A stretch of 64,000 nt of DNA from a virus (taxonomy: Duplodnaviria > Heunggongvirae > Uroviricota > Caudoviricetes). This document shows positions 38,040 through 47,650 of this stretch, in pieces; the stretch's first letter is position 1; the number at the start of each line of letters is the position of its first letter. The position numbers and the translations under genes are program-made. Below the pieces are notes generated by a model, which saw only the letters and a program-made list of their open reading frames with translations, did no database searches and was not told the DNA's origin. The DNA is taken from IMG/VR virus record IMGVR_UViG_3300032038_000042. One strand, written 5' to 3'.

Positions 38040-38915
38040 ATGGGAAATCCACTTACAAATAATCTACCTGCTGATCTTGACCAATTTTTAATGGATATGG
38101 CACAAACGGTAGGACCATTTGATTACAGCGATGTAATGAAGTTTGCAAATAAAATTTCAGATGTAAAAACAGATAAAAATGTTGCAATTATTCGCAGGTT
38201 GTATGCAGCCGCTAAAAACGCAACTGAATGTGACGACGATGACGAGTTTTTTGCAGTCGGCGAAGATTTAAATGATATTGTTACCGGTGTTAAGGACTTC
38301 AACCAACCTGGAGCAATTTTTGCAGATACAAGAACATTTAAGTATGAAGATTCTCAGACTTCTGAATACAACGATTTAGGAACCGATATAAGAACTGGAG
38401 AAAAATTTCCAGAACCTTTAAACGAAAGCGAGAATACTCTTACAGATACGCAGAAAGACCTTATAAAGGAAATTGCTTTAGCAGACTTTGAATGTGGTCA
38501 GTTTACAACTGCGGAATTCTTTATTGAGGATGAGGAAGGAGATTTTACAGGTGTAGAGCAAGCTGCTGCAGATTATTATCAAGAACTTGTTGACATGGGT
38601 CCTGCAGGTTTTTATGAAGAATTTGCAGGTGAACTTGATTTTGATCCAGACTTCGTAGCTGAGTATGGAGATTCCGAAGAAGATGATTTAGACGAGTCTT
38701 CAAAAAAGAATAATTTAAAAGAGGATTCAGATTTAGATAGCTTGGTAGGAAAAAAGGTAAAGTGCATAAAAGGTGCTTCTCATCCAAACATGGGTAAACT
38801 TTTCGACAAGGGTAGATCATATAAAGTTTCTAAATCAGATGATGGTAGAATTTGCGTAGGAAAAGTTTATGTAGGAAAAGAATTCTTCGATAGTCATTTT
38901 GAAGTTGAAAATTAA
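38040..38915 (+). CDS. Highly acidic hypothetical protein (291 aa)
   Basis: GGAG SD. Asp/Glu-rich throughout. Confidence 0.5.
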   Translation: MGNPLTNNLPADLDQFLMDMAQTVGPFDYSDVMKFANKISDVKTDKNVAIIRRLYAAAKNATECDDDDEFFAVGEDLNDIVTGVKDFNQPGAIFADTRTFKYEDSQTSEYNDLGTDIRTGEKFPEPLNESENTLTDTQKDLIKEIALADFECGQFTTAEFFIEDEEGDFTGVEQAAADYYQELVDMGPAGFYEEFAGELDFDPDFVAEYGDSEEDDLDESSKKNNLKEDSDLDSLVGKKVKCIKGASHPNMGKLFDKGRSYKVSKSDDGRICVGKVYVGKEFFDSHFEVEN

Positions 38916-38933
38916 GTTTGAATTTAAACGTTT

Positions 38934-38965
38934 AAAGGTCCTTCTTTTTGAAGGACCTTTTTTAA
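38934..38965. terminator. Bidirectional intrinsic terminator (AAAGGTCCTTC / GAAGGACCTTT)
   Basis: Perfect 11-bp stem with a TTTTT loop and T-run, between convergent genes. Confidence 0.7.
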
Positions 38966-38968
38966 TTT

Positions 38969-40177
38969 TTAAATTTTAATTTTTGTATTTAATTCTGGAA
39001 TTGATAAGTATGCTCCATCCCTTTCCCCGAAAGTAAATTGAATTTGATAATCTAGAATTAATTTTCTAACAACCTGTAAAGCTCCTAAAGCATCTTTAAC
39101 TTCAATAGTTGTTTTATATGGATTTGGAATTGGTTCTCCCAAAACTTCGTTTACAAATCTTTTTGGATCCTCGAGGGCTAAAGTAAGCAAATCATTCTCT
39201 GTTACAAAAGCTTTTTTAGCATTTGTAGTAAAAGTTTGCTGCACACTAGCAGGAAATTCCCGAATGTCGCTATTTGGATGTTTTTCTATGTAGGCTTTTA
39301 CATTTTCTATATCACCTACCGCTCCATTTGATACATCTATAAAATGTGTATTCCTTGGAAGTTGAGCGACATCTTTGCAACTCTTTACATGACTTAAATA
39401 AATTGGAACAAAATGCTCTACCAGGTAATCGCAATTCTTTTCAATTTCATTAATGTGTTGATCTAACAAATCGTTATAAAGGTTGTTTGGGGACTTTTCT
39501 ACTAAAAAGCAAGAAAATAAAGCTTTTGAAGAGCTAAATCTCGCTGCTATTCTGTATTTAAGGTTTTCATAAAATCTCATAGCTGTCGCAGTTTCATAAC
39601 CATCTGCATCATAATCAACTATAAGCGGATTTGTACCAAGTACTTCTGCATTGCTTTTTATAGCTCGAAACGCAATTTTGTTACCTTTATAGTAAGCAAA
39701 ATATCTTTTATCTTCATCTTTGTAAATAATGATTTGATCATCCGAAACGTTAAAGTTTTCTGCATCTTCTAAAAATACAAAAAGTGGATTTTCTTTATCT
39801 TGAATACCTCGTAAAAAACCAACAAAGCGTGCTAACTTCTCATCGCAACGCATTCCTGCAAAAACGCAAGAAAGATCTGCTGTAGGAGCAAACTTAAAAA
39901 TTTCTTCTTTTGGATTTTTAAGTAACATTCCTAAGTACAATCTGTATGCAACAATTAAAGATGCATAAACTCCTTTACCTATTCCGATTGCTCCGGATGC
40001 GTAAACTTCAGATGTTTTTGTTAGATTTTTATCGAACTCTTTATCGTATGTTTTTAGAGCAAGTTCGATACAACCGAAGAGTTGTTTAAGATTAGTTTGC
40101 TTTTCAACAAACTCCCAAAATGTGAGAGGTTTTTTAACGTAATAAGACTCCCACAAAACCTTAATTTGGTTTTGCAT
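38969..40177 (-). CDS. Hypothetical protein (about 402 aa) with a P-loop-like GIGKG and acidic clusters
   Basis: Trimmed to the ATG (MQNQIKV) preceded by AAGGAGAAAAAT. Contains ...ASGAIGIGKGVYAS... and ...FVFLEDAE...IVDYDADGYE... Function not assignable. Confidence 0.45.
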   Translation of the reverse strand: MQNQIKVLWESYYVKKPLTFWEFVEKQTNLKQLFGCIELALKTYDKEFDKNLTKTSEVYASGAIGIGKGVYASLIVAYRLYLGMLLKNPKEEIFKFAPTADLSCVFAGMRCDEKLARFVGFLRGIQDKENPLFVFLEDAENFNVSDDQIIIYKDEDKRYFAYYKGNKIAFRAIKSNAEVLGTNPLIVDYDADGYETATAMRFYENLKYRIAARFSSSKALFSCFLVEKSPNNLYNDLLDQHINEIEKNCDYLVEHFVPIYLSHVKSCKDVAQLPRNTHFIDVSNGAVGDIENVKAYIEKHPNSDIREFPASVQQTFTTNAKKAFVTENDLLTLALEDPKRFVNEVLGEPIPNPYKTTIEVKDALGALQVVRKLILDYQIQFTFGERDGAYLSIPELNTKIKI

Positions 40178-40448
40178 ATTTTTCTCCTTATCAAAAAGAA
40201 AACAAATCAATCGCAGCAATATCGGATTGACGGGTTTTTAAATGATACTTTAGTTAGTCGTTTGCCTATATTTTTATATATGAAGTGTGAAGTTATATCT
40301 TCGGAAGAAGATAAACGGAAAAAGATTTTTAGAATTCAAGTCACTCCGGAAAATTGGGAAGAGAACGAACAAATAGCAAAAGCTATGGGAGTTAAGTTGC
40401 TCGCGGAGCACGTTGAATTGAATTTTGAGTTGAAAAGGAGAATAAATA

Positions 40449-40943
40449 ATGAAGAGTATTAGACAGTCAACTTTTGAAACAAATTCGAGCTCTGCTCACT
40501 CGCTCACTTTAGTTATGAAATCTCTTAGGGAAAAGTTACAGAATAGAGATTTGTTTTATGTAGGTCCTTTTGAAAAGGATTCCGATTCTGATGAAACTTC
40601 AGTAAACAAAATCGAAGAAAAAAATTGTATTACTGTTGAAGAAGCAATTAAAAGAGTAAAGGATTATCTTACCGCAAATCCAGATTTTGGTCTTCCGGAT
40701 AATTTTAATTTGGATATGCTTACTCCAGAATTTGTAAAAGAGAATTATTGGAATAATGATTACGATCTTTATAATATGTTTTACGATATTTTGGATCCTT
40801 GCGAAAGAGGTGAGCATTACATTCCTGCTGAAGACCTTTTTGCATCCGAAGAATCAGATTCCTGTTTAATCGGAGATGTGCTAACTTACGACTTAAAAGA
40901 TGGAGACAGTCTTGAAATTTACAACGTAAGCATAGCTTGTTAG
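40449..40943 (+). CDS. Member 3 of the MKSIR-xx-TFETNSSS-xHS family (164 aa, acidic)
   Basis: N-terminus MKSIRQSTFETNSSSAHSLTL. AAAAGGAG SD. Confidence 0.55.
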   Translation: MKSIRQSTFETNSSSAHSLTLVMKSLREKLQNRDLFYVGPFEKDSDSDETSVNKIEEKNCITVEEAIKRVKDYLTANPDFGLPDNFNLDMLTPEFVKENYWNNDYDLYNMFYDILDPCERGEHYIPAEDLFASEESDSCLIGDVLTYDLKDGDSLEIYNVSIAC

Positions 40944-41018
40944 TAATATCAGTTCTTAGTGAAAAAGTTGTAAGTTTCTTTTTTAAGTGCTTACAGCTAT
41001 TTCTATTAATGTTTTTCA

Positions 41019-41624
41019 TTATCTTGTAAATTTTATAAAGAACTTTTTAAAATCTTCAATCGAGTCTAAAAATTTCGGCTCAGGAATGTTTTCTAAAGTT
41101 TCCAATTTATAGTTTGGGAATTTTTTGTTATAATGAATAATTGCTGTATTAATTGCTCTTGTAAGAGCCAAATAAGCAAAGTATTTATCTTTTACGCATT
41201 TTACATCGTCAAACTTTTCAGAATCTTCTGTAGAAACTATATCGTTAAAATTATCTACAGTCACCTTTATATTTGCATCAAGTTTGTAAATAAAAGTTTT
41301 CTTTTTACTGCTTTTGGTTGTAATAGGCTTATTGCAGTCGATAAACGCTTTACAAAACATTAATGTTTGTTTATAGTGAATTTTAAATTTTCTAAGATTT
41401 TCCTCGAAATCTTTTCTCTCTTCTCCTTCACAAATATATGCTGATTCATTTACTGAAAAGAGGCTTAATGGAATGATAAGTTCGTTAAGGTTATCCGTCA
41501 ATTTTTCGAAGGCTAAAGCAAAATCCTCTAAGGTAACATCCGCTTCTTTTTCTTCAACCCTTTCTCCTAACTTATCTATTTCTTGAAATTGCATTTTGTA
41601 TAATTTTTCGGTTAATCTATCCAT
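41019..41624 (-). CDS. Hypothetical protein (about 201 aa)
   Basis: Trimmed to the ATG preceded by GAGGTG. Confidence 0.45.
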   Translation of the reverse strand: MDRLTEKLYKMQFQEIDKLGERVEEKEADVTLEDFALAFEKLTDNLNELIIPLSLFSVNESAYICEGEERKDFEENLRKFKIHYKQTLMFCKAFIDCNKPITTKSSKKKTFIYKLDANIKVTVDNFNDIVSTEDSEKFDDVKCVKDKYFAYLALTRAINTAIIHYNKKFPNYKLETLENIPEPKFLDSIEDFKKFFIKFTR

Positions 41625-41743
41625 AATGCACACCTCACACAAAATATAGGTATTTTTCGTCGGAATTTTTCAAATAAATTGGAAAAATCATCTAAAATAA
41701 AGCCTATATTTTATGTGTAAAATAGCACATAAGAGGTACAAGA

Positions 41744-42316
41744 ATGGGTGCAGAATTTATTTCAAATACAGTAGAAGCTCCAAAAGATTCAATTACAGGA
41801 TCAGTAATCAATAGTTGGTCAGAAAGACACGATTCTTATAGTGGAGATTGGAATACCTGCAGCACAGTTGGTAAAAGAATTAAATTCCAGGACAAGTATT
41901 ACGGTGTGCTTAAGCCTGCAGACAGAAAGAGACTTGACAAGATTGTTGACGAAGAAACAAATAAATGGAAATCAACAGTAATCGACATGGGTATTGTTGG
42001 TTACGATGTCATTCGTGTAAAGAAGGCTGCAAAAAAGTCAACTGCAAAGTTTGAAAGAAAATATGTTGTAAAGAATGAAAGCTCAAACAATGTAAAGGAT
42101 TTCAAGTCAGCAAAGGATGCTAAGCTTTTTGCAGAAAAAGAAAGTATCAGAACGGGGCTTTCACATTGGATTTCAATTGAATATGTAAAATCAGGAAGCA
42201 GTGTTGTTTGTGAATGCACCGTAACCAAGAAAAGAGTTACAAGAAAGCCGACAAGAGCAAACGTACATTTCCAGGAAATTCACAAATACTATGTAACAGC
42301 TTTTGCTTCGACTTAA
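41744..42316 (+). CDS. Hypothetical protein (190 aa)
   Basis: AGAGG SD. Lys-rich. Confidence 0.5.
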   Translation: MGAEFISNTVEAPKDSITGSVINSWSERHDSYSGDWNTCSTVGKRIKFQDKYYGVLKPADRKRLDKIVDEETNKWKSTVIDMGIVGYDVIRVKKAAKKSTAKFERKYVVKNESSNNVKDFKSAKDAKLFAEKESIRTGLSHWISIEYVKSGSSVVCECTVTKKRVTRKPTRANVHFQEIHKYYVTAFAST

Positions 42317-42328
42317 GGAGAAAAGAAA

Positions 42329-42604
42329 ATGACAAAGAATCTTGAGAATATTATTACAAAAATTGTTGCAGACGAAATGATTGAAAATCAAAGCACTGCA
42401 ATCGAAGTTGTTTATGCAGCAATTGACGCTCAGGTTGAAGCTTGCCTTGATAATATTCGAAACACAGAGCAGTGCTTGGCTCATGCAGGTAAAGATTCTT
42501 CAGATTATCAAACAGCATTAAAGAACGAAAAAGCACTTCGTTCAGCTCTTCGAACCGATATTCTTTTAGCTGTATATGCTGAATTGGAGAGTCAGATAAA
42601 CTGA
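42329..42604 (+). CDS. Hypothetical protein (91 aa)
   Basis: AAGGAGAAAAGAAAATG. Confidence 0.45.
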   Translation: MTKNLENIITKIVADEMIENQSTAIEVVYAAIDAQVEACLDNIRNTEQCLAHAGKDSSDYQTALKNEKALRSALRTDILLAVYAELESQIN

Positions 42605-42620
42605 AAAAAGGAGTTGTAAA

Positions 42621-43040
42621 ATGATGCATTATTTGGTAACACTTCCAATGTCCCCAAAGCCAGATGAGTTTCATATTTGGGGACAGAACGAATTGGACAC
42701 TTGCTGCGGAGATGTAAAGGTAATTTATAAAAACGAATCTGCAGATGTTTGTTATCAATTTGCAAAAGAAGAATCTTGGAAGGATTTTTACTCAAACGGT
42801 TTCTTTTCTAAAATCTTCCCTTCAATTAATAAAACCAATATGCGTTATATCCAAACAGCTTTTTATGATGGTTTTGAAGAGTCTAGCACAGAAGCTTCTT
42901 TCGAAAAGTATTCACACGACACTCGCAAGTTTGGTAAGGGTAAGAACGGATTTGGAGATGAAGATTACGTACTTTTAATAAATTGTTACGTTGCAGGAAT
43001 GAATTACAGAAGTGAAGGTATACCAGGAGGCTTGAAATGA
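42621..43040 (+). CDS. Hypothetical protein (139 aa)
   Basis: AAAGGAG SD. Confidence 0.45.
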   Translation: MMHYLVTLPMSPKPDEFHIWGQNELDTCCGDVKVIYKNESADVCYQFAKEESWKDFYSNGFFSKIFPSINKTNMRYIQTAFYDGFEESSTEASFEKYSHDTRKFGKGKNGFGDEDYVLLINCYVAGMNYRSEGIPGGLK

Positions 43041-43225
43041 GCTTTTGTTGTGGATTTCTTGTTGCGCTTATTTTTGTCGAAGTAGCCCATGCGGTTGTAA
43101 AGCAAAAGAAATACGATAGATGGACAATTGACGAATTTAAACTTTTTCAGGAAGCAGAATTAAAAGAATTTCTTCTCTATAAAGAAGAGCAGGAAAAAGA
43201 AGAAACGAAAGACCTATATTCTTAA
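43037..43225 (+). CDS. Small membrane protein (62 aa)
   Basis: Hydrophobic N-terminal segment. ATGA overlap. Confidence 0.35.
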   Translation: MSFCCGFLVALIFVEVAHAVVKQKKYDRWTIDEFKLFQEAELKEFLLYKEEQEKEETKDLYS

Positions 43226-43230
43226 ATCAT

Positions 43231-43665
43231 ATGAAGAAGAAAGTATACCTAAGTGGTCCTATAACTGCTGATAAAGAGCATTATAAGGAGCATTTCGCAA
43301 AAATCGAAGAGTATCTCACAAACTTGGGATTTGATGTAACAAATCCATCTAAAGATGAGTACGATGATGAAATCGCAAAAGATCACGAAGATAAGTGGAC
43401 AAAAGAAGCTTGGCTCGATTACATAAAAAGAGATATTGAGCTTGTTTCTAAACACGACATTGTTTGTGTTTTAAAAGGTTGGCAGAAGAGTTTAGGTGCT
43501 CTTATGGAGCTTGCTGTAGCAAAGCGTTACGGAATACCAATCATGATTGAAGGTGAAAATAAGATTTACACAAAATGGGATTTTCAGTTCTGCGGTTTGG
43601 GAGTAGACCCTCTCGAAGGATATTCAATTCAAAAGGAGATAGATGATGCTAAATCAGGAAGTTGA
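43231..43665 (+). CDS. DUF4406 / nucleoside 2-deoxyribosyltransferase-like protein
   Basis: MKKKVYLSGPITAD... Second copy of the fold seen at 30589. Confidence 0.45.
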   Translation: MKKKVYLSGPITADKEHYKEHFAKIEEYLTNLGFDVTNPSKDEYDDEIAKDHEDKWTKEAWLDYIKRDIELVSKHDIVCVLKGWQKSLGALMELAVAKRYGIPIMIEGENKIYTKWDFQFCGLGVDPLEGYSIQKEIDDAKSGS

Positions 43666-43963
43666 TGATACAAAAGAACCAAAAGTTTTCAGAAAAAAGC
43701 CAGTTGAAATCTGTGCTATGAAATGGACTGGAAAGAACATAAAAGAGATCGAAGCTTTTTCAAAAGGTAATGCTTTTGTGGAAGATGACGAATTGGTTAT
43801 CAAAACATTGGAAGATGGTAAAACAGGAAAAGCAAAGCACGTAGCTTCTATAGGAGATTATATCATAGAAGGAGTGCAGGGAGAATTTTACTTCTGTAAA
43901 CCTGATATTTTCGACCAAACGTATGAAGTTGTTGTAGAGAAGAGAAATGAGAGAAAGATTTAA
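43643..43963 (+). CDS. Hypothetical protein (106 aa)
   Basis: AAAGGAGATAG ATG. Confidence 0.4.
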   Translation: MMLNQEVDDTKEPKVFRKKPVEICAMKWTGKNIKEIEAFSKGNAFVEDDELVIKTLEDGKTGKAKHVASIGDYIIEGVQGEFYFCKPDIFDQTYEVVVEKRNERKI

Positions 43964-44660
43964 ACAACTTTTTATGAGTAAAGAGCAGATTATATATTTA
44001 CTCTTTTTGTTTTTTAATTGCGTAGTATGCGGAATGTTTACCGCAACTTTTACGTACTATCAAATTGGACTTGGTACAAGATTTTATTCTTTAATTATTT
44101 GTACCGGTTGCATTGTTGGAGTAATACACGCTTTTGTTTCAGCGGATGTAAAAAAGAAAAGATGGGTTTTTTGTCACTACAAAGCAATTGATTTAGGTGA
44201 AAGTATTTTTTATACTTGCACTGAATTAAGTTTTGCAATTTATTACTTTGCAAATAATCTAAATCCCTTGTCAGATGAAGCACCTGTACTAAACTTATTT
44301 TTCTTTTGGTCAATCTTTTACAGAATTGTAAACGGAATTGTTTCGATTGTAATACCTTCGATTGGAGATGTATTTGAGCAAAGTCTTTACAAAAATCAAA
44401 TTGATTATCAAAATCACTCTAATGCAGAAAATCTGATGTGTTGTTTTGGTGCGGCTTTGGGAGCAGGCGCTTGCTTCCTTGTAGGAGACTTCTTTAAAAA
44501 TCGTCCGTACTTCATTTTCTTTTTGGTTATTTTTGACTGGATTGGATTGTGGAGTAGGTGGCAATTTTATTTTAAACCTTCAAACTATTCAATAATAAAA
44601 AGAAATTTTGCAAAAGATAGTGGAGAAAAATTAAGAAAACTTCGTAGAGGAGAATTGTAA
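43947..44660 (+). CDS. Multi-pass membrane protein (237 aa)
   Basis: At least 5 hydrophobic segments. Confidence 0.45.
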   Translation: MRERFKQLFMSKEQIIYLLFLFFNCVVCGMFTATFTYYQIGLGTRFYSLIICTGCIVGVIHAFVSADVKKKRWVFCHYKAIDLGESIFYTCTELSFAIYYFANNLNPLSDEAPVLNLFFFWSIFYRIVNGIVSIVIPSIGDVFEQSLYKNQIDYQNHSNAENLMCCFGAALGAGACFLVGDFFKNRPYFIFFLVIFDWIGLWSRWQFYFKPSNYSIIKRNFAKDSGEKLRKLRRGEL

Positions 44661-45353
44661 ATGGATGTAAAAGAGAATTGTGATGATACTTTACCTACTG
44701 AATTGTGTGGAATAAAATTTCAAAGAGGTTGGTATTACCTTGTTGACAAAAAGGTATTGGAACCCTACATTCTTGAAGATGAAAAAGACACAGATTACAA
44801 GTCAATTGTAATTTATTTGGACTGCGAAGAGTATCCTCATATAGGTGATGTAGTTTATGAAGCTATCTTTTTTACAGATATTAAGCATGTTGGAATTTCC
44901 GGTCGCATTTGTACAGTAAGGAAGGATTTAAAGGACAAGGCAGCCGCGAGAGAAGAATTTTTGAAAAAGCTCCAGGAAACTCTTCCGAAGTTGAATTTAA
45001 AAGTTGATACAGATATGTTAATCAAACAGCGAGATGCACTTTTGAACGCAATTAAAGACATTTCGATTGAGTTGGATGAAATTAACTCTGAACTTAAAAA
45101 GGAACAAAAAATGAAAAGATTTGTACTTGTTTATTACGATGTTACATACCGTTTTAGAGGTTGCGCTGTAAAAGATCTCTTCAAGCTTTCAAGAAGAGAA
45201 GTAAAAGAAATTCCAGAGTCCTTTGAAAGCGAAAATGAAGTAAAAGAGTGGCTTGATGAATTGGAAATTGAATTAGCAAAAGAATTTATCGAAAAAGATA
45301 TTGATTTTTACAACGACGTCAACGCTTATATCACAAACATTGTGAGGTTGTAA
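44661..45353 (+). CDS. Hypothetical protein (230 aa)
   Basis: AGAGGAGAA SD. Confidence 0.45.
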   Translation: MDVKENCDDTLPTELCGIKFQRGWYYLVDKKVLEPYILEDEKDTDYKSIVIYLDCEEYPHIGDVVYEAIFFTDIKHVGISGRICTVRKDLKDKAAAREEFLKKLQETLPKLNLKVDTDMLIKQRDALLNAIKDISIELDEINSELKKEQKMKRFVLVYYDVTYRFRGCAVKDLFKLSRREVKEIPESFESENEVKEWLDELEIELAKEFIEKDIDFYNDVNAYITNIVRL

Positions 45354-45355
45354 AA

Positions 45356-45889
45356 ATGGAAAAAGAAGAAATGAAAAAGCTTCTCGAGAAGTATCCATTT
45401 CTCATTCATAAGAATATTTTCTCTCAGGAAGTTTGTTGTCAAACAGAAGAAGAGAATTTAGAATACAATTGGTATACTGAGTGGGACGGATACGGTTGGG
45501 AAAAGATTTGGAAGCAATTTATGCAAGAACTCTTTAAAGAGTACGATAAACTTCCTGACGAAGCAAAAGAAAAGTTTGCTATTTACGATACAAAAGATAA
45601 GTACGGTACACTAAGAGTTTCTCTTTCTGGTTATACAGATGGTATGAGAAAAGCAGAATCTACATTACGCTTCCTTTCTTCTGTAACGTGTCAATATTGT
45701 GGAAAGCAACCCCGGGATTCAAAAGGTAATCATATCATTTGGACAACAGAGGGTTGGATTACCAATCTTTGTAAAGATTGCTTTAAGAAAGAAGTGTTAA
45801 AGAATAAATCCATTAAACAGCTTTCTAAAGGAGAGTTTAAAGAGTACGTAATAATGTGCAGACAAAAAAAATCCCAAAAGTTTGTTTGA
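45356..45889 (+). CDS. Zinc-ribbon-containing hypothetical protein
   Basis: C-terminal CQYCGK...(24 aa)...CKDC. Confidence 0.45.
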   Translation: MEKEEMKKLLEKYPFLIHKNIFSQEVCCQTEEENLEYNWYTEWDGYGWEKIWKQFMQELFKEYDKLPDEAKEKFAIYDTKDKYGTLRVSLSGYTDGMRKAESTLRFLSSVTCQYCGKQPRDSKGNHIIWTTEGWITNLCKDCFKKEVLKNKSIKQLSKGEFKEYVIMCRQKKSQKFV

Positions 45890-45952
45890 CTGAAACTCTT
45901 GAAAATTCCAAGAGGTAAACTCCTATATTTGTTATTAAAGAGGTATAAAAGA

Positions 45953-46537
45953 GTGGCATATTTTTACAAAAGAGACATTCTGATAACAAACTATTTCATT
46001 ACAAAGGAAAACGCAGAACTCGAATTTATTAAATTAACGCATGATGGAGATTATTTTCTTACCCATCAAAAGAAGCAATCCGAAGGTAAAACTTTTATTT
46101 GGAAAGGTGAACTTTCCGAAGAAACTAGAATAAAGCTTGTTGACAACCTTACCAGAACCGTTGTTAACATTCCTTTATCCGATGAGTCTGCAAAACGCAT
46201 TTACAGAGTTAGTATTGAAGGTTATCAGCTAGAGGATATTGCTACTCCAGATGCTCAAAACCCTAATCAGTTTAATGTCGATCCTGCGAAAATTAATTTC
46301 GAAGACTTTGAAATACCTTTTAAAGTTTGTAAGCATTGTGGTAACATTTATCTGCCAGATTACGACTTCATTGAAGATGAAGTTATGTGCGAGCATTTGA
46401 ATAGTATGTTTGGAGGTACTTACGAGTATCCTGCAGACTGGCCTGATTACTGTGCAAAGTGCTTAGAAGAGCTTTATGAATTGGATACAGCAAGAAGTGT
46501 TTATAAATGCTTTAAAGAAAGGGACATCATAAAATGA
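45953..46537 (+). CDS. Zinc-ribbon-containing hypothetical protein
   Basis: A GTG start with AAAGAGG upstream is preferred over the upstream TTG. Contains CKHCGN...CEHL...CAKC. Confidence 0.4.
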   Translation: MAYFYKRDILITNYFITKENAELEFIKLTHDGDYFLTHQKKQSEGKTFIWKGELSEETRIKLVDNLTRTVVNIPLSDESAKRIYRVSIEGYQLEDIATPDAQNPNQFNVDPAKINFEDFEIPFKVCKHCGNIYLPDYDFIEDEVMCEHLNSMFGGTYEYPADWPDYCAKCLEELYELDTARSVYKCFKERDIIK

Positions 46538-46809
46538 GAGATACCGGAGAAGCAACAGCTGATTATATTTTAAGAAAAACATTTTTTGAAAGTTATCAAA
46601 AACAGAATATAGCGAATGTAGCTTTTGATACAGATACAGAAAAGCACGAGTTGACCGTTTACATAAAACTTTACAATTACACGGATTCAATTCCTTTAAA
46701 AATTGATTTGAAACCTTTTGCATCGAAGTCAGAAAAAGAAGATTGTAAAAGTTTTTATAGAGACGATTCAAATAAAGGAATGAGTTGGTTTGAAGGAATA
46801 CCGCAATGA
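46534..46809 (+). CDS. Hypothetical protein (91 aa)
   Basis: ATGA overlap. Confidence 0.4.
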   Translation: MRDTGEATADYILRKTFFESYQKQNIANVAFDTDTEKHELTVYIKLYNYTDSIPLKIDLKPFASKSEKEDCKSFYRDDSNKGMSWFEGIPQ

Positions 46810-47012
46810 AACATATTCAGTTTAGAAATACAAGACTTTGTGTAGTATGCATGCCGACGTACACCTCTTTTACAGGAGTAAGAATTTCAAAAGAGGAGTA
46901 TGAATGTATTGAAAGCCAGAGTTGTAACTGCGAAGTTTGCAGTATTATAAAAGATAAACTAAACGATTATTTTTTGGAATTAAAAGAAGGAGGAAATAAT
47001 GAAGAGTATTAG
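46806..47012 (+). CDS. Cys-rich small protein (68 aa)
   Basis: CVVCMP...CNCEVC. Confidence 0.4.
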   Translation: MKHIQFRNTRLCVVCMPTYTSFTGVRISKEEYECIESQSCNCEVCSIIKDKLNDYFLELKEGGNNEEY

Positions 47013-47595
47013 GTCAAATACTTTTGAGACAAATTCGAGTTCTGTGCATTCACTCACTTTGACTTCAGCCTCAAACTACAAAGCGTGGGAAGATGGTGAA
47101 GCAATCTTAGTTGGAGAAGGAAATATTGTTCCTTTTACAGATCTGTATAGCACTATCGAAAAGTATACAAAAGATCGTATAGCAAGATATGAAAAAGAGA
47201 TTGCTGAAGAAAAGGATGAAAAGTCGAAAGAGTATAAAAAGAAATGGCTTGAAGAGGAAAGAGAAACACTTGCTAAGATCGAATCGATTGAGAAGGATCA
47301 GTTCTTGGCTCTTTCAAAAGAAATTATCGTCAAGGATGCAGAAGGTAGATTTGACGAGACTTATTACGATGATTATTACTACTTAGATGATGATGGTAAA
47401 GTACCGGAACTTTCAGAAGAAATTACAGATTGGGGAATCAAAAAGAAAGTTGCAGACATTTTGATCGACTATTGCGAGGAAGGTTATTTCACGGAAGATA
47501 GGTACTACGATAACGACTACTACGAAACATTCCAGCATGAACAAACTATCGACGGTGTTAAAGTTGTAGCTTTTGGTTATTACGGACACGACTGA
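46999..47595 (+). CDS. Member 4 of the MKSIR-xx-TFETNSSS-xHS family (198 aa, very acidic with a Tyr/Asp-rich tail)
   Basis: N-terminus MKSIRSNTFETNSSSVHSLTL. GGAGGAAATAATG. Confidence 0.55.
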   Translation: MKSIRSNTFETNSSSVHSLTLTSASNYKAWEDGEAILVGEGNIVPFTDLYSTIEKYTKDRIARYEKEIAEEKDEKSKEYKKKWLEEERETLAKIESIEKDQFLALSKEIIVKDAEGRFDETYYDDYYYLDDDGKVPELSEEITDWGIKKKVADILIDYCEEGYFTEDRYYDNDYYETFQHEQTIDGVKVVAFGYYGHD

Positions 47596-47612
47596 GATTA
47601 ATTTTTACATTA

Positions 47613-47650
47613 AAAAGGGTTCCAACTTTGGAACCCTTTTTTCTTTTTTA
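47613..47650. terminator. Bidirectional intrinsic terminator (AAGGGTTCCAA / TTGGAACCCTT + T-run)
   Basis: Perfect 11-bp stem with a 3-nt loop, between convergent genes. Confidence 0.7.

Noticed and set aside
38969-40177. Calling the 402-aa protein the missing terminase nuclease/ATPase half
   Set aside because: Its GIGKG is not a canonical Walker A, FVFLED and DYDADG are only superficially like Walker B/nuclease motifs, and there is no continuity with the 19776 gene.
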